Assembly (NCBI GenBank): GCA_030537395.1
Contig: JAUNMW010000001.1
Coordinates: 1-58,519 of the forward strand
Source: Clostridia bacterium
GTDB taxonomy: Bacteria > Bacillota > Clostridia > Christensenellales > Aristaeellaceae
DNA: 58,519 nt
Direction of reading: 5' to 3'
Shown here: positions 17,619-26,006 of the stretch, piece by piece
Numbering within the stretch: the stretch's first letter is position 1
Layout: each line of letters opens with the position of its first letter
Position numbers and translations under genes: made by a program
The notes under the pieces: generated by a model
The model's input: the letters and a program-made list of their open reading frames with translations, nothing else
The model's database searches: none
Told to the model about the DNA's origin: nothing

Positions 17619-17862
17619 TGAATTGCGCACCAAGGATGTGGTGAACACGCTGGACGGCAAGCGCCTGGGGAAGGTGATGGATATTGAATTTGACGCGCAT
17701 ATGGGCCAGGTGGAGGCGCTCGTGGTGCCGGGCGAATTCAAGGTGGGCAGCGTGCTGCGCGGCGAAAGATGCGGCATCGTGATCCCCTGGCAGCGCATAT
17801 GCAAAATCGGAGAAAACGTGATCCTGGTGGAGCTGGAACCAGGGGATTTGGAAGAAGACTAA
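17608..17862 (+). CDS. ylmC: YlmC/YmxH-family PRC-barrel sporulation protein
   Basis: It reads SLSELRTKDVVNTLDGKRLGKV...PWQRICKIGENVILVEL, which is typical of the family. The start is ambiguous among 17599, 17602 and 17608. Confidence 0.85.
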   Translation: MSLSELRTKDVVNTLDGKRLGKVMDIEFDAHMGQVEALVVPGEFKVGSVLRGERCGIVIPWQRICKIGENVILVELEPGDLEED

Positions 17863-17886
17863 AGGGAAAAAGTAGGCTTTCTAAAA

Positions 17887-17994
17887 GAGTACATAGTGCA
17901 GAGAACAGAGTTCAGATGACTATAGTCTTCAAATATCAAACAACAAAGTTGACAAAAAAGGACTATCTAATCTGTACTCTGCACTCTGTTCTCT
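17887..17994. repeat. Palindromic intergenic element built from GTNCAGA heptamers, copy 2
   Basis: The left arm (17887-17924) pairs with the right arm (17961-17994). One extra heptamer is bulged out of the left arm. It uses the same unit as 14533-14644. It lies between convergent genes. Confidence 0.7.
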
Positions 17995-18060
17995 AATGCC
18001 TTGGCTTGCAAAAGGCCCCGCATCTTTTCAGAATGCGGGGCCGATGGCGTTTTGGCGGGA

Positions 18061-20370
18061 TCATTCGATGCGAATGCCGTACATGTAGGCGTTATCCTTG
18101 CTGCACGTGCCCACCACCAAATAATTCTTGTATACGGCGGGGCTGCCTTCGATGGCGCCGCCCAGGTTCAGGGTATTGCGCACCGCGCCGGTGCGGCCGT
18201 CCATCATGGTCAGGTTGCCGCCCTGATCCCCCTGGATGATCCAGGCGTCGCCATTATCATTGTACACGGCCACGGGGGAGGATACGGCTTCGCTGGTGAG
18301 GGCCCGTTCCCAAACGAGGGAACCTGTTTGCTTGCTGAGGGCGATCACCTTGCTGCCGCCGTCCTTCACCTTGTTCACAGTGAAAATCACCAGATCGCTG
18401 ATGCTGTGCTGGCCGATAACGGGGCTGGCCTTGCAGCCGGACAGCTGACCTTTATCGTAATCGCACTTGATGCCGTAGGTCCAGATAGTTTCCCCGGTCA
18501 GGGCGTTCATACGGCGGATGGTCACATCGTTCTTGCTGCCCAGACGGCTGTAGGCGGTATTGCCGGTATACAGGCTCACGCCCGAATCGCCGTCCATATC
18601 CAGCGCGATGGATGCGTCAATGTTGTCGCCGCCGTCCATGGCCCATACGGTTTTCATGGTATCGGAGTTCACGCAGCGGATGACGCCGTAGGTGTCGGCC
18701 ATATAAATGTACTTATCGTACATGGCCACGCTGCTTTCCACGCCCACGCCCGCTTCCTTTTCGGCCCCGGCCTTGGTGCGCAGATAAACCACGGAGGGCT
18801 TGATGCTCATGGACAGCTTCACGTCCTGATCGTTCGCCTTGGGATAAATGAATTCGGCGTTCAGATCCACGGTGTAGAGCAGTCCGTTTTCACCGGCCAC
18901 CACCATGGCATCGGTATCCCAGTTGTTGTTCAGGAACAGGGCGGTGCCGTCGAATGCGCCGTTGGTGTTGTACTGGATCTGGGTATCGGATTTGCGGCCA
19001 TTGAGGAAGAAGGCTTCCTTGCCGTCGATCAGGTTATACAAATGCAATCCGATGCTGCCGGTTTTGTTGGGCAGCTTGGAAATGCCCTGGCCCACGGCCA
19101 GCAGGGGCCGGTCCATGCTGTCCACGGACACGCTGCCCTTCAGGGGATAGCCCACGGTGATGGGGTCCCGGGTGGCGGAGCCGTCGGTGAGGTCCAGGAA
19201 GTAAATTTTGCCGTCCTGAGCCCCGAAGATGACCTCCCGCAGGCGCGGGGTAGCCTTCTTATCATCGTACAGGTTCATGCCCTCGCGAACCTGCGTGGTC
19301 CATTTCACGATGGCGGGCTGGCCCGTCCAGCCCACGCCGTACAGCGTGCCATTATCCTCGGTTCTCAGGTATCCAATGGGGGTCTGCCACAGGATGGAAA
19401 GCTGCTGCTTGGTCACGTTGGCAGTGCCGTAGGCGGCGTTCCGGCGGAAATTATCGCCCCGGAAGGTGAGCACGCCGGCGGGATAGAAGGAATAGTTGTC
19501 CGGGTGCGGGGCCACATAGCTTACGTCCCGGGAGAAGGTGATGGATTTGGCGCTCTTGCTGCCCACCTGATACACGGTATCCGTGGTTTTCAAGCTGCCG
19601 GAGCCCGCGCTGGCATCCAGCCGGGGCAGGGGCGTGGCGGTGGGAGCGGTGGTCGGCGCGGGAACAGCCGTGGGCGTCGGCGCTGCGGTCGGCGCGGCTG
19701 TCGGGGCCTCTGTGGGCGGAAGCGTAGGCGCTTGAGTGGGTTCGCCGGTGGGGGCCTCCGTGGGCAGGGGCGCGTTGGTGGGGGCCCAGGTGATCGCAGG
19801 TACCAGACCTTCCTGGGAAGCGGTTTCTACCGTGGGCTGCGGCGCCGCGGTGATGCTTTCCACGATGGGGGCCACCGTGGGCTGGGATACCAAGGGCACC
19901 TGAGTGGGCAGCGGCGTTTCGGTGGGCACGGGAGTGGGATTCACGATCACCAGCGGAACGCTCTTGTCTGTGCGGGTCCAGGTTTCGCCCTCCCGAATGA
20001 CGGCGAAAACGTCGCCGGAATAGGGAACGTCAAAAATCGCGTTGATGTTCCAGATTTTGTTGGTTTCGTTGGCGCCGTTCACCAGCGTGGCAGTGCAGGC
20101 GATTTCGTTGCCCTCGGCATCCTCCAGCCGCACGCCGTCCACGGATTGGTTGGTGGTCAGGTTAAACAAAAGACGGGAATTGGTGGCGGCGGTATTGGAG
20201 GCCGCCTGGAAGGAAAGAGCCTCGCCCGGGGCCTTCTTCTGCACGTTCACCAGGCTGTCAATGGCGTTTTTTACCGGGTTCAGGGGTCCGGCATCCGAAA
20301 TGAAATGCAGGGCCACCGCCAGCAGAAGCGCGGCGACGATCACGCCGATCAGGATTTTCAGCCAGGGCAC
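18061..20370 (-). CDS. Membrane-anchored surface protein with Pro/Thr-rich linker and PQQ-like (BamB-like) beta-propeller
   Basis: It has a GTG start and an N-terminal TM helix (ILIGVIVAALLLAVALHFI). A ~110-aa P/T/A-rich linker follows. Propeller-type motifs repeat (TGETIWTYG, MKTVWAMDGG, TGSLVWERAL). Confidence 0.8.
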   Translation of the reverse strand: MPWLKILIGVIVAALLLAVALHFISDAGPLNPVKNAIDSLVNVQKKAPGEALSFQAASNTAATNSRLLFNLTTNQSVDGVRLEDAEGNEIACTATLVNGANETNKIWNINAIFDVPYSGDVFAVIREGETWTRTDKSVPLVIVNPTPVPTETPLPTQVPLVSQPTVAPIVESITAAPQPTVETASQEGLVPAITWAPTNAPLPTEAPTGEPTQAPTLPPTEAPTAAPTAAPTPTAVPAPTTAPTATPLPRLDASAGSGSLKTTDTVYQVGSKSAKSITFSRDVSYVAPHPDNYSFYPAGVLTFRGDNFRRNAAYGTANVTKQQLSILWQTPIGYLRTEDNGTLYGVGWTGQPAIVKWTTQVREGMNLYDDKKATPRLREVIFGAQDGKIYFLDLTDGSATRDPITVGYPLKGSVSVDSMDRPLLAVGQGISKLPNKTGSIGLHLYNLIDGKEAFFLNGRKSDTQIQYNTNGAFDGTALFLNNNWDTDAMVVAGENGLLYTVDLNAEFIYPKANDQDVKLSMSIKPSVVYLRTKAGAEKEAGVGVESSVAMYDKYIYMADTYGVIRCVNSDTMKTVWAMDGGDNIDASIALDMDGDSGVSLYTGNTAYSRLGSKNDVTIRRMNALTGETIWTYGIKCDYDKGQLSGCKASPVIGQHSISDLVIFTVNKVKDGGSKVIALSKQTGSLVWERALTSEAVSSPVAVYNDNGDAWIIQGDQGGNLTMMDGRTGAVRNTLNLGGAIEGSPAVYKNYLVVGTCSKDNAYMYGIRIE

Positions 20371-20388
20371 CCGGCGTTTATCCTCTTC

Positions 20389-20712
20389 TTACACATCGAA
20401 ATCATCGTTCAAAGCGGGACGGCGCATATACAGATTATCCTGTCGGCCATCCTGCCGGGCCGCGGGCTGCCGCCGGGCGGTATATGCGCCGCGGGCGTTG
20501 GCGCCGCCGTCCTCCTGATACATGGCGGGCTGCCGGCGCTGCCATTGAATTTCCGGCACGGGCTCCTGCTCCGCGGGAATATCGGGCTGGGAATAAGCGG
20601 CGGATTGCTGCGGGATTTTCTTTTCATGATCGCCGGTTTCCCGGTGCCTGTCGCTGCGGCGGTGCCGCGCAGCGGGCTGCGGATTCAAAGAAGGATCATC
20701 ATAATTACTCAA
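20389..20712 (-). CDS. 107-aa low-complexity (R/Q/P/D-rich) protein, TTG start
   Basis: The TTG at 20712 has GGAGG 9 nt upstream. A promoter lies just upstream of that. The gene ends 18 nt before the propeller gene. It is predicted to be disordered. Coding status is uncertain. Confidence 0.5.
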   Translation of the reverse strand: MSNYDDPSLNPQPAARHRRSDRHRETGDHEKKIPQQSAAYSQPDIPAEQEPVPEIQWQRRQPAMYQEDGGANARGAYTARRQPAARQDGRQDNLYMRRPALNDDFDV

Positions 20713-20762
20713 AGGTGGTAACCTCCTGCGATTGGCGCTAAAAAGTAAAATTATCCGAATAC

Positions 20763-20791
20763 AGTATACCAGAAATACCGTCGAATCACAA
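20763..20791 (-). promoter_or_regulatory. Sigma-70-like promoter with extended -10
   Basis: The minus strand reads TTGTGA (20791-20786), a 17-nt spacer, then TGgTATACT (-10 at 20768-20763). Confidence 0.55.
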
Positions 20792-20849
20792 GCAAAAATA
20801 TAAAACTGGAAAGGTTTTTCATGTTTTGTTGCATCATTTGACGACAGAA

Positions 20850-23786
20850 TCAGCGCTCGCGGTCAGTTTGGAGGGCATTTTGCAGATCGGTTATGATCTG
20901 CGCCGTTCTCAACTTCGCGCCTTCCGTGCTCAAATGGCTGTCGATCAGCCAGAAATATACGCCGGAATAAAGGGAATCCTCCAATTCGGTGATCACGGGC
21001 ACACAAAGCCTGGCCTTCAAGTATTCATGCAGGGCTGCCCGGGCTTCAGGGGTGCTTTCTTCCGTCAGCGATTGGCGGTTTCTGGGGGTGTAGCTGAAAT
21101 AAACGGTTACGTCGTCCCGCTGAAAGCGCCGGTATACTTCGTTCAGGCTGTTTACGCTGGCTTCGGAAAAGCTGTTTGCCGTATAATCCGCAATGTTGTG
21201 CCGCAGCCGTTCATCCCGTTCGCTGTTGGGCCGGGGCAGGATGAAATCGCCGTATGCGTTATAGGTGCTGAAGGGATAATAATTGCCGTCGTCATCAAAG
21301 CTGGCGGGGGATACGGAATAATCCCGATCCTCCATCCGGCTGCGGGCTGACAGGTAATCCCCCAGACTGGTAAAAACGCAGGAAAAGCGGTTCATGTCCA
21401 GTTGGGCGGCCGCGTCGTAGTTGGATTCCATCATGGCCCAAAAACCGGTATCCAGCGCGGAGGAAACGCAGAACTGTTCCGGCACCGCGTCAAATTCCGG
21501 GGCGGAAAGCAGGATATCTCCCTTTTGCATCAGGGGCCGGATCAGCTCGTATTGGGGCAGGGCGTTGGTAAAAGCGTACACCCCCATATTGACCGCGGAG
21601 TAATCCGGGAAAGCGCGGATGATTTCAGGGGTATCATAACCGTAGCGCCCGGAGGAGCCAGAAAACAGCACGATTTTTTTCTGATCGCGGATGCTGAGCA
21701 GCGCATCGTATTTATCGGAAAACATATCGAAATAGCTGCCGCTGTACTTGGGGCTGGTGGCCGCGTTGACGTGCAGGAAGGTAAGCGGGCATTGTCTGAA
21801 GCTGCCGTCCTGGACCTCCCGCAGGGAATCAAAGCAGTACAGATGCTGAATCATGCAGCGTTCAAAAGCGCCGTCATCTATCATGCGCAGAGCGGAAGGG
21901 AGCACCAGCGTTTGGAAGGATCGATCCCGGAAAACCCCGGAGGCTATGCGGCGCACTGGCAGGCCGCCAATGGCTTCGGGAACCACGCAGGAAGAAGCGT
22001 TTCCATCGTAACCGGTGATGACGATCCCGTTGCTTGCGCTTTCATAAATGAAATCTGAATCGGGGGAGGCCGGAGCCCATTCGGCGTAAAGCGTCAGGCT
22101 GTTTTCCCGTTCGATGCGGCTGCCCAGGCCCGCGTGCCGCCCGCTGCCGTCCGGCTGTGTGTTCCAGCCGATCAGCACAAACCCGTCCCGTTCCAGGTAC
22201 CGGGACCCCAAGGCGGTGTTGACGCGCAGATGCGGGCTTTCCATGGATTGGGTGAAGCTGTCGCCGCCGCCCAGCTTCAATCTGCCGCCGTTGGCAAAAT
22301 AGGTGATCGTGCGGCTGCCTGCGGGAGAAGGAGAAGGGACGGAAGAAGGGGTGGGAACGGGCACTTCATCATCCGGGCGGATACGGGAAGCATAAACGCT
22401 CCAAAAATAATTGGTGGCATAGGCGCTCACAAGCTTTGCGGGCACAATGATCCCGGCGTCCGTTCCGCTGAGCAGATTGCTTCCTACCGTGCAGCTTTGA
22501 GGCGATTCATGACGCAGAACCAGCCGCTTCAGTCCGGCACAGCCCCGGAAGGAATGATCGTCAATGCGGCGGATATTGCCTTGCAGGATGATTTCCCGGA
22601 TGGCCGCGTCATGCTGAAAGGTTTCCGCGGTAAACCCTGCAACGGGCAGCCCGTCCCGGCTGACGGGTACGGTCAGCTTTTCCCGGAGGCGGCCCGCGTC
22701 CGTGAGCCCGATGATTTGCAGAACGTTTTCTTCCCTTCGGTAAAGGAAATAGCTTGCGTCGCTGTTATCCCCGTCCGTCAGCGCGGCTTCGGAAACGCCG
22801 GGCATGACCGGGAGCGGAATACGAACGGGGGATTCATCGCCCCGCAGCGCCTTCAAATCGCGGATCAGGAAAATGGTATTCAGTATGGCGCCGGAAGCGT
22901 TCAAATGAAAATTGGTATCGTAAAACCAGCCGGGGTCCAGGATCGCTTCCTCCGGTGATCCCAGGATTTCGCCGTTGAATTGCCCGTTCAGCGCCGCTGC
23001 GAAAGCGGGCAGAGCTTTCCGGGCTTCGGGCGGCAATGCCGCTTCGTTCATGGGGCAGAAGCGATAATAGAAAGAAACGCCGATTTTTTGGCATTTTTCA
23101 TGAAACGCATTGATTTTTTCTATCAAAGCTTGATTCAGCAAAGCGATATCGAAGGAAATGGGCATGTTGGCGTCATAGCCGCCGGGCATGATGTTTTCTT
23201 CCCGGTTTGCGGAAACGATATCCCCATATGCGTTAAAGGAAGCGCGGGCATAAATACCGTCGCCCTCGGGAGCGGCATGTTCGTACCATAGTTTTGCTTT
23301 CGCTGCGGCGAAAGAGGGAAATTTGCCTATCATGGGCTCCAGATATTCCCGGTTCAGCGCGAAAACCAATTCGGGATGGCCGTCGGCGGCCTGCCACATG
23401 GCTTCGGCGCCAAAGTAGGCGGATAAGGTTTGTTCGCTCTGCTCCGGGGAAAAGACCACGATATCGCCGGGATGCAGCTGGTTTTCCGCCAGGTCCAGCA
23501 TGACCGTGGTTCCCAATCCGGCGTAAAGCCCAAAATTGACGGCGGTATATTCCGGAAATTCCTGCTCCAATAGATCGCAGCGGTAATCAAAGGCCGTGCC
23601 GCTGCCGCCAATCAGGATCATGCGTTTTCCGGGCGTATTACGCAGCCTGTCATATTTCAGGGACAATCCGCCCAAATAGGTTTCCCCATACTGCGGGGGC
23701 AGGAAAAAGGCAAAAATGAGCAGCGCGGCGGGAACCGCCAGCGCGATGAGGACCCAGCCCAAGGCGTGCAGCGTTTTGCGACGCAC
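20850..23786 (-). CDS. 978-aa membrane-anchored protein: two DltD/SGNH-like acyl-transfer domains flanking BspA-type LRRs and a Listeria-Bacteroides (Flg_new) repeat
   Basis: It has a GTG start with SD AAAGGAGGGAA and an N-terminal TM helix. The N-domain carries ILIGGSGTAF...DTNFHLNASGA. The C-domain carries VLFSGSSGRYGY...IDSHLSTEGA. These are parallel Ser and DxxH motifs. The centre contains LRR_5-like repeats and TITYFANGG...GFVLIGWNTQPDGSG...LYAEW. Confidence 0.85.
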   Translation of the reverse strand: MRRKTLHALGWVLIALAVPAALLIFAFFLPPQYGETYLGGLSLKYDRLRNTPGKRMILIGGSGTAFDYRCDLLEQEFPEYTAVNFGLYAGLGTTVMLDLAENQLHPGDIVVFSPEQSEQTLSAYFGAEAMWQAADGHPELVFALNREYLEPMIGKFPSFAAAKAKLWYEHAAPEGDGIYARASFNAYGDIVSANREENIMPGGYDANMPISFDIALLNQALIEKINAFHEKCQKIGVSFYYRFCPMNEAALPPEARKALPAFAAALNGQFNGEILGSPEEAILDPGWFYDTNFHLNASGAILNTIFLIRDLKALRGDESPVRIPLPVMPGVSEAALTDGDNSDASYFLYRREENVLQIIGLTDAGRLREKLTVPVSRDGLPVAGFTAETFQHDAAIREIILQGNIRRIDDHSFRGCAGLKRLVLRHESPQSCTVGSNLLSGTDAGIIVPAKLVSAYATNYFWSVYASRIRPDDEVPVPTPSSVPSPSPAGSRTITYFANGGRLKLGGGDSFTQSMESPHLRVNTALGSRYLERDGFVLIGWNTQPDGSGRHAGLGSRIERENSLTLYAEWAPASPDSDFIYESASNGIVITGYDGNASSCVVPEAIGGLPVRRIASGVFRDRSFQTLVLPSALRMIDDGAFERCMIQHLYCFDSLREVQDGSFRQCPLTFLHVNAATSPKYSGSYFDMFSDKYDALLSIRDQKKIVLFSGSSGRYGYDTPEIIRAFPDYSAVNMGVYAFTNALPQYELIRPLMQKGDILLSAPEFDAVPEQFCVSSALDTGFWAMMESNYDAAAQLDMNRFSCVFTSLGDYLSARSRMEDRDYSVSPASFDDDGNYYPFSTYNAYGDFILPRPNSERDERLRHNIADYTANSFSEASVNSLNEVYRRFQRDDVTVYFSYTPRNRQSLTEESTPEARAALHEYLKARLCVPVITELEDSLYSGVYFWLIDSHLSTEGAKLRTAQIITDLQNALQTDRER

Positions 23787-23807
23787 AGCGGTTCCCTCCT
23801 TTCAAAA

Positions 23808-25205
23808 TCAGAATTGGAAATAAATGAAGGCGTTGGCCATGTTCGCGTCCAGCCGCATCCAGAACGCAAGCGCGATGGCAAGGAAGCAATAAGCGTATAC
23901 GGCGGCGGGGAGGCTTTTTATCCGATCATTAGCCAATTGACGCAATAACGGCAGGCAGGATAGTGCCAATAGGATCCAAAGCGCATCCAATCCATTCATG
24001 CCTAAAACTGCCCAACCGGCGGCAATGCTCCAGGGAGAAAACAGGCGTTGAATCAGCGCAAAAGCATGGCTGACGGAGGCGGCCCGGAAGAAGACCCAGG
24101 AAAAGGTGACCAGAAGATAGGTAAGGCCGATGGATACTGCATCAGGAATTTTTCGTTTTGAATGGCGGGAAAGCCATAACTCCGCCGTCATGAAAACGCC
24201 GTGCAAGGCTCCCCACAGCACGAAGGACCAATCCGCCCCGTGCCATAATCCGCTGAGCAGAAACACGGTCCATAAGGCCAGCGTCTGGCGGGCAATTCCC
24301 TTTCTGTTACCGCCCAGAGGAATATATACATAATCCTGAAACCAGCGGCTTAAAGTGATATGCCACCTGCGCCAGAATTCCCGGATGCCGGGGGCCAGGT
24401 AAGGCTGATCAAAGTTTTTGCTCAATCGGATGCCCAGCAGCCGGGCGCTGCCTGCAGCAATTTCGGAGTAGCCGGAAAAATCACAGTAAATCTGGAAAGA
24501 AAACAGGATGGTTGCCAGAAATACGGCGCTGCCATCCGGAAGGTCCAGCGAGTACGCCGCGTCCACGAACCGGGCGCAGCAATCCGCAATGACGATTTTG
24601 CGGAAGAAGCCGGACAGGAGCAGCCGAAGCCCCATGCGCGCGTCCTCCTTTGAGAGAACGCGCCTTTGCTTCAATTGCTTCAAAATACCCCCGGCCCGCT
24701 CGATGGGGCCCGCCACCAGCTGCGGGAAAAAAGAAATATATAAAGCATAATAGCCGGGATGGGTTTCAGCGGGCAGCGTACCGCGATAAACATCGATCAC
24801 ATAGCTCATGGCCTGGAACGTGTAAAAGGAAAGGCCGACGGGCAAAATGATTTCCCGGAATGAAAAATGAACGTCTGAACCCAGCATGCGAACGACGCTT
24901 TCAGCCGTTCCGGCCAGGAAATGAAAGTATTTGAAATACAAAAGAAAGCCTGCGCAGAGCAGCAGGGAAAGAACCAGAATACCTTTTCGCGCGCGAGGAT
25001 TCCGGCTTTTATTCAGCATCAGTCCCGCTGTGTAAGAAACGGCGATCACGGATAGGAGCAGCAGGGTCATGGAGGGGTTCCAGCTGGCATAGAAAACCAG
25101 GCTGGCCCCCAAAAGGACAGCCCAGCGGGCGCGATGGGGGCACAGCCAGTGCAGCAGGGTTACGAGGGGAAGAAAGAGCAGATAATCCAGGGAATCAAAG
25201 CTCAT
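23808..25205 (-). CDS. MBOAT-family membrane O-acyltransferase (AlgI/DltB/PatA-like)
   Basis: It is polytopic. It carries WRRWHITLSRWFQDYVYIPLGGNR and the invariant-His region LSGLWHGADW. Confidence 0.9.
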   Translation of the reverse strand: MSFDSLDYLLFLPLVTLLHWLCPHRARWAVLLGASLVFYASWNPSMTLLLLSVIAVSYTAGLMLNKSRNPRARKGILVLSLLLCAGFLLYFKYFHFLAGTAESVVRMLGSDVHFSFREIILPVGLSFYTFQAMSYVIDVYRGTLPAETHPGYYALYISFFPQLVAGPIERAGGILKQLKQRRVLSKEDARMGLRLLLSGFFRKIVIADCCARFVDAAYSLDLPDGSAVFLATILFSFQIYCDFSGYSEIAAGSARLLGIRLSKNFDQPYLAPGIREFWRRWHITLSRWFQDYVYIPLGGNRKGIARQTLALWTVFLLSGLWHGADWSFVLWGALHGVFMTAELWLSRHSKRKIPDAVSIGLTYLLVTFSWVFFRAASVSHAFALIQRLFSPWSIAAGWAVLGMNGLDALWILLALSCLPLLRQLANDRIKSLPAAVYAYCFLAIALAFWMRLDANMANAFIYFQF

Positions 25206-25453
25206 TTACGTTCCCTCCTTCCCCAGAAACCGGCCATCAGCAAAAGCAACAGGGTGGGAAGCAGAATCCAGCGTCCCTCCGCTCCGGCAAGCAGCGCGGT
25301 CAGGGTTCCGGCAGCCCAGCAAAACCCGCCCAGAAGCTGGAGCAGGCCGCGATGCCTGACGATCGCCGGTCCTGTGATCGTCAGTACCAGCGCCAAAGCG
25401 TAAAGCGCCGCCGGAATAAACAGGCTCATAAACACATCTTCCCATCCAATCAT
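25202..25453 (-). CDS. Small 3-TM membrane protein translationally coupled to the MBOAT gene
   Basis: It has an ATGA overlap with the MBOAT start (25202-25205), three hydrophobic helices and a basic C-terminus (RRERK). The SD is weak at 25453. An alternative ATG at 25429 exists. Confidence 0.5.
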   Translation of the reverse strand: MIGWEDVFMSLFIPAALYALALVLTITGPAIVRHRGLLQLLGGFCWAAGTLTALLAGAEGRWILLPTLLLLLMAGFWGRRERK

Positions 25454-25463
25454 TCTTTGGGTA

Positions 25464-25501
25464 AAATACGGCGGCCGGGAAGAAAAATCCTCCCGACCGC
25501 C
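25464..25501 (-). terminator. Probable terminator after the 161-aa membrane protein gene
   Basis: GGCGGCCGGGAAG (25470-25482) pairs imperfectly with CCTCCCGACCGCC (25489-25501). On the minus strand it is followed by GTATTTTA. Confidence 0.5.
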
Positions 25502-25520
25502 GCGAAACAGATATGGTTTC

Positions 25521-26006
25521 TTAGTTTTCCTTGACCTTCTTGCGGATGGTGCAGAAGGCGGCTACCAGGGCCACCACCAGCGCCACGCCCAGGATGATCA
25601 TGTTGGCGATGGTGCAGGAAGCGCTGGCCAGGTTGGCGGGGGTCTGCACTTCCAGGATCACGTCCGCGTTGGAGAAGTAAATGAAGCCCAGGCCCGCGAT
25701 GCGGGAGCCGATCAGGTTGATCAGGGACAGGGCCAGCAGCACGGGCGCGCCGATCTGGCAGCAGCCGGTGATCAGGTCCAGGCCGGTTTTTCCGGCGCCC
25801 TTGGCGTTTACCTGACCCAAGGCGATGGCAGCCAGCAGCAGCACGGCGGCGGCGACCAGCCACAGCACCAGATTCTTAACGGTAACGTTCTGGAAATAGC
25901 CCTCGCTGCCGATATTCACGGCGTACACGATGAGGGAAACGATGGTAAGCACGGCGGCACAGCAGGCGATCCAAGCGCCGACGGACATCTTTTTCAGAAA
26001 GTTCAT
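25521..26006 (-). CDS. 161-aa 4-TM membrane protein coupled to the GH3 gene
   Basis: Its ATG (26006-26004) directly abuts the GH3 stop (26009-26007). It has four hydrophobic helices. I recognise no family. Confidence 0.7.
   Translation of the reverse strand: MNFLKKMSVGAWIACCAAVLTIVSLIVYAVNIGSEGYFQNVTVKNLVLWLVAAAVLLLAAIALGQVNAKGAGKTGLDLITGCCQIGAPVLLALSLINLIGSRIAGLGFIYFSNADVILEVQTPANLASASCTIANMIILGVALVVALVAAFCTIRKKVKEN

Noticed and set aside
14533-17994. The short repeated units (GTNCAGA) could suggest a CRISPR array or tandem-repeat locus.
   Set aside because: The units are 7 nt with no spacers. They are arranged as inverted arms of a hairpin, and only two loci are present. There are no cas genes. 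I treat them as palindromic intergenic elements.
18001-20721. A 906-aa plus-strand ORF, the second-longest ORF in its region, spanning the propeller gene and the 107-aa gene.
   Set aside because: It is in exact codon register with the minus-strand genes (18061-18001 = 60 and 20389-18001 = 2388, both multiples of 3). Its codons are therefore reverse complements of sense codons. It stays open only because the real genes avoid TTA, CTA and TCA. Its product is G/A/H/V-rich low complexity with no motifs. The minus-strand product has a TM anchor, a linker and propeller repeats.
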